Source: Candidatus Thalassarchaeum betae | GTDB lineage: Archaea; Thermoplasmatota; Poseidoniia; Poseidoniales; Thalassarchaeaceae | NCBI GenBank assembly: GCA_003193925.1 | Contig: PSPG01000001.1 | Coordinates: forward strand, 128,001 to 192,000 | Length of the DNA: 64,000 bases | Reading direction: 5' to 3' | Part shown: positions 58,330 to 64,000 of the stretch, one piece after another | Layout of the letters: every line of letters begins with the position of its first letter | Position numbering within the stretch: the stretch's first letter is position 1 | Program-made: the position numbers and the translations under genes | The notes under the pieces: generated by a model | Databases searched by the model: none | The model's input: only the letters and a program-made list of their open reading frames with translations | Told to the model about the DNA's origin: nothing

Positions 58330-58409
58330 TCTCTCGACAGGCCCACTCGGACAATGTGGGCAGACTGATAAAGGGGGGTTTGGTCGGCAGGCCGCTACGA
58401 GGTCTGACT

Positions 58410-58997
58410 ATGGGTGTCCAGCAGTATGTCCGCTCACTCTGGAAGACTCCGAAGGCGTCGCTGCCGCCGAGGTACCGACGCGAGCGCATGGTGGGCTGGA
58501 GGCGAGAGCCGGTGTTCCAGCGAATCGAGCGACCGACCCGCATCGACGCGGCCCGCAGAGTCGGCTACAAGGCCAAGCAGGGCGTCGTCGTAGTGAGGAC
58601 TCGCGTACGTCGAGGAGGACTGCGCAAGGGCAAGATCCACATGAAGCGCAAGCCGTCCAAGTCCGGCATCAAGAAGATCACCATGGCTAAGTCAATCCAG
58701 CGTATGGCCGAGGAGCGGGTCAACAGGCGCTACCCGAACCTCGAAGTCCTCAACTCGTACTGGGTCGGAGAGGACGGCAAGAACAAGTTCTACGAGGTCA
58801 TTCTGCTCGACCCCGCACACCCCGCCATCAAGTCCGACAAGCAGCTTGGCTGGGTGTCGAGCGGCAACAGCCACAGGGGTCGCGCGTTCCGCGGCAAGAC
58901 CAGTGCAGGCAAGCGCGGGCGTGGGCTGTACAACAAGGGCAAGGGCGCTGAGAAGCTCCGCCCCAGCCTAAAGGCCAACAAAAACCGCGGCAAGTGA
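58410..58997 (+). CDS. rpl15e: 50S ribosomal protein eL15
   Basis: [33 protein letters not shown]. Confidence 0.96.
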   Translation: MGVQQYVRSLWKTPKASLPPRYRRERMVGWRREPVFQRIERPTRIDAARRVGYKAKQGVVVVRTRVRRGGLRKGKIHMKRKPSKSGIKKITMAKSIQRMAEERVNRRYPNLEVLNSYWVGEDGKNKFYEVILLDPAHPAIKSDKQLGWVSSGNSHRGRAFRGKTSAGKRGRGLYNKGKGAEKLRPSLKANKNRGK

Positions 58998-59046
58998 GTT
59001 CTCACTCGCCGTCATATTGATGCCTGTCCCGTCTTGGCCAGTGCCG

Positions 59047-59301
59047 ATGGCCGACCTTCAAGTGTCCGAGATTCGCGGGCTCCCGGTGATTATGCCGAGC
59101 GGCAGATTGCTCGGCACCGTCCACGATACAGTCATCGACACCGACGGATGGACCTGCACCCACATCTTCGTCGCCGACCCTCCTGCGGACCTCGTCGAGG
59201 GACGGATCCACGTCGCCATACCGTGGAACTGGGTCCGCTCTATCGGGGACGTCGTCATGCTGCGCTGGTTCCCTCCGACCCCGATTCCCCGCAAGTTGTG
59301 A
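59047..59301 (+). CDS. PRC-barrel domain protein
   Basis: SEIRGLPV...GRLLGTVHD.VID...IPWNWVRSIGDVV. Confidence 0.82.
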   Translation: MADLQVSEIRGLPVIMPSGRLLGTVHDTVIDTDGWTCTHIFVADPPADLVEGRIHVAIPWNWVRSIGDVVMLRWFPPTPIPRKL

Positions 59302-59341
59302 GAGTTCAATACGGGTCGGCTCCCGCATCGGCCTGAGAGAG

Positions 59342-60409
59342 ATGCTCGTACTGCATGTCCTAGGCACATCAGGCTCGCGCCCGACTCGCGGGCGCTCGGT
59401 CCCCGGTAACTATCTCTCGACGCCCTCCGGAGGTATCGTCATCGATTGCGGCGAGGGCTTCCAAGAGAGGCTGCTGAAGCACGATCTCGCTCTGAAGGCG
59501 ACCGGCACCAACAAGCGCGCTCGCGCCTCGAAAATCAGAGTGATTCTGCTCACCCACAGCCATCTCGACCACTGCTGGGGTCTCCTGCCGTTCCTCTACA
59601 CGATGGATCTCGACGGGCGCACCGCCCCACTCACCATCATCGCCCCTACCGCCTCCGAGAGAGCCCCGGCCCGCTCTGACTTCGCCGGCCTCTTCGAATC
59701 CTGGCGGGACCTGCTCGCCGGCGAGCTCTCTAGGGGAGGCCTCGGGTTCCCTGTCGAGTGGGTGCTGATTCCCGTCGACGGCGAAGAGCCGATCGAACCA
59801 CCGGTGCAGCCGCTAGAGGGCGTGCACCTGACAGCCGTGCCCACTAGGCACGGTGTCGTCTCGGTCGCTTGGATGGTCTCCACCCCCCAGCGCTCGGGAC
59901 GCTTCGACCGGGATCGGGCAGCCTCGCTGGGACTTGCCGACCATCAGGTTTCGCTGCTTGCTGCAGGAGAGAGCATCATCCATGACGGCGCGGAGTTGGA
60001 CCCGGCTGACTTCCGCGCCGAGAGGCGACCTCCCTGTCGGCTCCTCGTCAGCGGCGACACCACTCGTGGCGTTGCCTCGTTCAACCAGGAGAGCTTAGGC
60101 GGTCCGGTGGACCTGCTGATCCACGAGGCCACCTACACCAACGAATACCACGACAAGTCCGAGGCATATGGGCACTCGACCGCTGTCGACGCCGCAGCCG
60201 CTGCATCGGTGATGGGCGCCAAGGTTCTGGGAATGGTGCATCTGAGCACGAGAATCAGTGATTGCGCAATACTCGAATCAGAGGCTAGGGAAATCCATCC
60301 GAGCAGCTTCGTCTGCGAGGATGGGGACATAATCGAAATCTCTCTGGATGGGGCCATCGACGTCTCCAGACGCCGTGAAAACGTCTGGATGCCTCTGAGC
60401 ATAGAGTGA
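59342..60409 (+). CDS. rnz: Ribonuclease Z (MBL fold)
   Basis: LGTSG..P, DCGEG, HSHLDH, SGDT, HEAT, HST, HLS. Confidence 0.87.
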   Translation: MLVLHVLGTSGSRPTRGRSVPGNYLSTPSGGIVIDCGEGFQERLLKHDLALKATGTNKRARASKIRVILLTHSHLDHCWGLLPFLYTMDLDGRTAPLTIIAPTASERAPARSDFAGLFESWRDLLAGELSRGGLGFPVEWVLIPVDGEEPIEPPVQPLEGVHLTAVPTRHGVVSVAWMVSTPQRSGRFDRDRAASLGLADHQVSLLAAGESIIHDGAELDPADFRAERRPPCRLLVSGDTTRGVASFNQESLGGPVDLLIHEATYTNEYHDKSEAYGHSTAVDAAAAASVMGAKVLGMVHLSTRISDCAILESEAREIHPSSFVCEDGDIIEISLDGAIDVSRRRENVWMPLSIE

Positions 60410-60454
60410 ACGCGACTGCGATACGATTCAAAAGCAGGGAGCAAACCGTTCTGC

Positions 60455-62851
60455 GTGCGCCGAGCGTCAGCCAGTCTGCTAATCGCCTTGCTGCTGGTCA
60501 GCGCGGCCCCATTGGCCCAGGCTGACTCCAAGGGAGTCATCTCCTGCGTCAACGCAGACCTCACGATGATGCCTGCCAGTTGGGATGTCGAGGACCAATC
60601 CTGCGTTCGCCTGGACCTCGGAGAGCTGGAGCCCGGCGAGACCCTGTCCTTCGACATCACCTCCGACGGGCTCATCGACATCCTGCTCTTCTCGGTCAAT
60701 TCCATCTCCGTCTACCAGAACGAGCAGGCTTACCGGAGCGATTCCATTTGGGAGAGCGACTCGGTCTTCGAGAACTTCAACGGCACAGGCGCATGGCACT
60801 GGACCGTACCCGACGACCGCGAGATGACCCGCTGGTACCTCGTCTTGGACAATCTCGCGCATCCGCAGGACGGAGGCGGAGGGGCTCAGGGCATAGCGAG
60901 CGCCTCAGTCAGTCTGGACTCAGGACCAGTCCTCGCTGCGCCATTCACCCTCGCCGACACCATCGTGCGACTCGATGTCGGCGAGCACTCGATTCTCCAC
61001 GGGCCGTTCGTTGTCGACGCCGGCACTCAGGCCAGAATCGACGCGACGACGATGGAGGGGGCTCCCGATGTCTTCCTGATGACAGAGTCCCAGGTGACCC
61101 TGTACGAGGCAGGTGGCACCGCGGCCTCCCGCGTCGAGGGCACCGACATGCTGCTCATCACCACCGAGCGCCACATGGTCTGGCTCGTGCCCGAGACGTA
61201 CGAGGGCATTGACCTCTATCTGGTGGTCGACAACAGGCCGGGCCCCTCCGGAGGTGGCGCCGGGACTCAGAAGATTGCCACCACAGTTACCCTCTCGCTC
61301 ACCCCCGTGCTGGATCCGACCATCAGCAGCGAGGTCTCTCTGGACACCATCGACGTGGGGACCATCGTCATGCTGGACGCCTCCGAGACCCCGAACCGCT
61401 CCAATCAGATTCCCCCCTCCGGCTTCAGGTGGGACACTAACTCTGACGGCGTCGACGACACCGTCGGCTCAAACGTCAACATCAGCTGGTCCGACCCGAC
61501 GAACATCACCATCAGGCTCACCGTCGTATCCATCGACGGTCGCAGCGCCAGCGTGTACCAGGATATCGAGGTCGCCGACATCTCAGACCCAGAAGTCAGC
61601 ATCGGGGTCACAGCCATCCTCGAGCGTACCTACGGTGACAGCGTGATCCTGAGCGGACAGGTTTCAGACAACTGGGGAATCCAGACTATCGAGTGGTTCG
61701 TCGACGACGAGCTCGCCCGCAGCAACGCCGGAGACGACGAGGGAGCGACCGTGTTCAGCCACACGTTCAACTCCAGTTACTCGGCCGGGACGCACACCGT
61801 CACCCTCCGCGCCACCGACAGGTCCGACAGGGTGGCCGAGGACACAGCAACCATCAGCCTCTACGATTCGACCCCGCCAGTAATCGGGATTTTCCAGAGC
61901 GAGGTATCCCTGCAGATTGGGCAGACCTTCCGCTTTGAGGCCAATGTCACTGATGCCGAGTCGAGCAACCTGCTCTTCACTTGGGACTTCGACGACTCGG
62001 TCGACTTGGACTCTGACGGCGACGCTAGGAACGACGCTGACGCCCACGGCGACTCGGTATTGTGGAGCTACGACCAATCAGGTGCCCAGTGGGTGGTCTG
62101 TCACGTCGAGAACGATGCCGGACTGGTCAGCGAGTTCGAGATTCTCGTCAATGTACTGAGCGGATCCGAGGGCGGCGGCGCCTTCGACCTGATGACCCTG
62201 GGTATGATTGGCCTAGCAGCCGTCGTCGCATTGGCTGTCGTGATGATCTCGTGGAGAGTCGTCTCCAACCGCAGACTGGCCGCTCTCATCGCAGAGCAGG
62301 AGGAACCCGAAGAAGCCCGGGCAGCCGCTCCGTCGGCCGACGAGCAGAAGGCGATGTGGGGCGGAGGCGACATGGCTGCCGCAACTCCTCAGCACTCTCC
62401 TCAGATGTTCAGTGACTTCTCTAGTGGGATGTCAGGGGCCACCGCTGACGTTTCAACCGCGATGGGCGAGCCCGAGGGCGGCGACATAGACCCCGACATC
62501 GCGGCACTGCTGGAGTCGGCCAAGCAGTCACAGTCGACGCCCGCGTCCAGTGTCGCCAGCGACTTGCTGTCCGCCTTCGAGAGCGATGACACTGTCAAGA
62601 GGGAGGATGTCGAGTTCTCGCATGAGGGACGGACCGAGGAAGAGCCCTCGAAATGGGCCCCGGGAGAAACTGGGACCGGGGTCTTCCAGCCAGTGCAGGA
62701 CCCCGAGCCAGAGCCCGAGCGGAACCGGACCGTGCGCCAGAACTGCTCGTCTTGCGAGAAGCTGTTCGAAGTCGACTTGCCCGAGGGCGTCGACGCAGCT
62801 AGGACCGCTTGCCCTCACTGTGGTTCGATAGAATCAATCAGTTTGGGCTGA
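60455..62851 (+). CDS. Large secreted PKD/Ig-domain protein with TM anchor and cytoplasmic zinc ribbon
   Basis: Signal peptide; LDAS..RWD; WDFD..DSDGDG; TM; CSSC...CPHC at the C-terminus. Confidence 0.8.
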   Translation: MRRASASLLIALLLVSAAPLAQADSKGVISCVNADLTMMPASWDVEDQSCVRLDLGELEPGETLSFDITSDGLIDILLFSVNSISVYQNEQAYRSDSIWESDSVFENFNGTGAWHWTVPDDREMTRWYLVLDNLAHPQDGGGGAQGIASASVSLDSGPVLAAPFTLADTIVRLDVGEHSILHGPFVVDAGTQARIDATTMEGAPDVFLMTESQVTLYEAGGTAASRVEGTDMLLITTERHMVWLVPETYEGIDLYLVVDNRPGPSGGGAGTQKIATTVTLSLTPVLDPTISSEVSLDTIDVGTIVMLDASETPNRSNQIPPSGFRWDTNSDGVDDTVGSNVNISWSDPTNITIRLTVVSIDGRSASVYQDIEVADISDPEVSIGVTAILERTYGDSVILSGQVSDNWGIQTIEWFVDDELARSNAGDDEGATVFSHTFNSSYSAGTHTVTLRATDRSDRVAEDTATISLYDSTPPVIGIFQSEVSLQIGQTFRFEANVTDAESSNLLFTWDFDDSVDLDSDGDARNDADAHGDSVLWSYDQSGAQWVVCHVENDAGLVSEFEILVNVLSGSEGGGAFDLMTLGMIGLAAVVALAVVMISWRVVSNRRLAALIAEQEEPEEARAAAPSADEQKAMWGGGDMAAATPQHSPQMFSDFSSGMSGATADVSTAMGEPEGGDIDPDIAALLESAKQSQSTPASSVASDLLSAFESDDTVKREDVEFSHEGRTEEEPSKWAPGETGTGVFQPVQDPEPEPERNRTVRQNCSSCEKLFEVDLPEGVDAARTACPHCGSIESISLG

Positions 62852-62911
62852 CCGCCATGCCGGTCTGGGTTTTTGATGCAGGGGCCGTTCCTGTAGGGCA
62901 ATACCCTATAG

Positions 62912-62930
62912 CGCACCTCTGAGAGGTGCG
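62912..62930. promoter_or_regulatory. Perfect 9-1-9 inverted repeat covering the SD of the next gene
   Basis: CGCACCTCT-G-AGAGGTGCG, 3 nt before ATG 62934. Confidence 0.45.
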
Positions 62931-62933
62931 AGC

Positions 62934-64000
62934 ATGGACAACACCGGTGTCCGGCTCGTGTATCGGGCCCCTGCGGTGTCACATTCGCACACCCTGCTGA
63001 TGATGCTGCTGTTCCTCCTGCCCGTTCTCTCTCCGATTGCCAGCGTCAGCGGCGAGGCTAGGATAGAATCGCAGGACTTCGAGATTCTCAATCAACTCTC
63101 GGACTTATTGGAGGAGCGACAGGAGGTACTGGAAAGCAACTCCGTCGGACAGATGGCCGGCCCGACAATCGAGGGTGTCAGCAACGCAGTCACACCCACA
63201 GGCTCGTCCGATCCCCTCTCGGACGTCGATGGCGCTATCGAAGGGGCGACAATGGCCGTCACGACTCCCCCGGAGCCCACTCATCCCGGCCCCTACCAGC
63301 TTCTGGTCGATTCCGACAGCAGGCCTCCCGGACAAGTGGACAACGTCTGGCAGACTCTGGTGAACCTCACTGACTACGTCATCTGGACCCAGTACACCGA
63401 CCTCGATGGCAACGTCATCGAGAACTTCGAGGTCGTCACATTCACCGCCAACCTACTATCGCTCTTGGATATCAACTCGGACCCGCTTCTGCACGAGGTC
63501 GATATCGACAACGACGGGGACGATGACATCGAGGTCGGACTCAAGATCGCTTGGGAGTTCTCAGGCGGCTGGGGGGTCGATCTCGATAGCGGAATACTGT
63601 GGATCGAGCCAGGGATCTCCTATTCGGTCAAGGTCCTGGCTTCGAGCCAGAACGACCCCGACTGGGACGACTTGGACAAGCTCCAAGTCTCCCTGATCAA
63701 GGCCTTCGCCTATTCTGGACCGGGCTCCATCCTCGCACTGGGGGAGGGCGAGTCCTACATCTGGGTCGTCGACTCCAGATTCACGACCCAGCCGAACGAC
63801 TTCTCACTGAGAGTCGGGATAGAGAGGTTCTACTTCGACATCGCAGGCGCTGGGTCGGACCTCTTCGTCACGTTGATCCAAGCCCTGACGCTCGGCATCA
63901 TCAACTCGGGCGTGGATGAATCAGGGATCACCTTCGCATCGATGTCCGCTCCCTATGCCATAGAGATCAGCAATGACGGGCAGTCGACCTGCCCGGACAG
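62934..64000 (+). CDS. Large acidic secreted protein (3' partial, absent from ORF track)
   Basis: Manual translation MDNTGVRLV...LLMMLLFLLPVLSPIASVSG...DIDNDGDDDI...; frame appears open to the window end. Confidence 0.78.
   Translation, partial: MDNTGVRLVYRAPAVSHSHTLLMMLLFLLPVLSPIASVSGEARIESQDFEILNQLSDLLEERQEVLESNSVGQMAGPTIEGVSNAVTPTGSSDPLSDVDGAIEGATMAVTTPPEPTHPGPYQLLVDSDSRPPGQVDNVWQTLVNLTDYVIWTQYTDLDGNVIENFEVVTFTANLLSLLDINSDPLLHEVDIDNDGDDDIEVGLKIAWEFSGGWGVDLDSGILWIEPGISYSVKVLASSQNDPDWDDLDKLQVSLIKAFAYSGPGSILALGEGESYIWVVDSRFTTQPNDFSLRVGIERFYFDIAGAGSDLFVTLIQALTLGIINSGVDESGITFASMSAPYAIEISNDGQSTCPD

Noticed and set aside
1-64000. Many long overlapping or antisense ORFs in the track (e.g. 951-1943, 35337-36320, 49206-50180, 51760-52713)
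   Set aside because: Shadow ORFs typical of high-GC coding DNA, with low-complexity R/P/S-rich translations overlapping well-supported genes.
1-64000. CRISPR array, Cas4 assignment of the first ORF, integrase or transposase
   Set aside because: No repeat-spacer array or mobile-element gene was seen; the Cas4-like Cys pattern is explained by the AddB-type nuclease coupled to a helicase.

Overview
GC-rich (roughly 60-65% by eye), gene-dense archaeal chromosomal segment. Gene content suggests Thermoplasmatota, most likely Marine Group II (Ca. Poseidoniales); this is inferred, not searched. The supporting content is rpl21e, rpl15e, P0/P1, Pus10, Rpo4, RaSEA, two FtsZ, a PGF-CTERM protein, many secreted peptidases, an MMPL transporter and a PKD protein. 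It carries an AddAB-like helicase-nuclease pair, the ftsZ1-secE-spt5-L11-L1-P0-P1 cluster, the pus10-L21e-rpo4-DUF655-ksgA cluster, central-metabolism genes, tRNA-Thr(CGT) and an intron-containing tRNA-Tyr(GTA). No CRISPR array, integrase or transposase was seen. The most unusual signals cluster in the core spt5/ribosomal-stalk operon: Spt5 fused to a degenerate Nudix domain, uL11 reduced to its C-terminal domain, a P0 gene whose conserved GLGxLFG tail lies in frame behind a TGA, and an L1-binding RNA motif. Other oddities are a tRNA-Tyr missing its 3' end, a cbb3-oxidase-like membrane protein lacking most metal ligands, a membrane-anchored pseudokinase, and a surface protein with an AT-rich core. 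All product calls come from motif recognition by eye, and several start codons were re-chosen from SD/overlap context.
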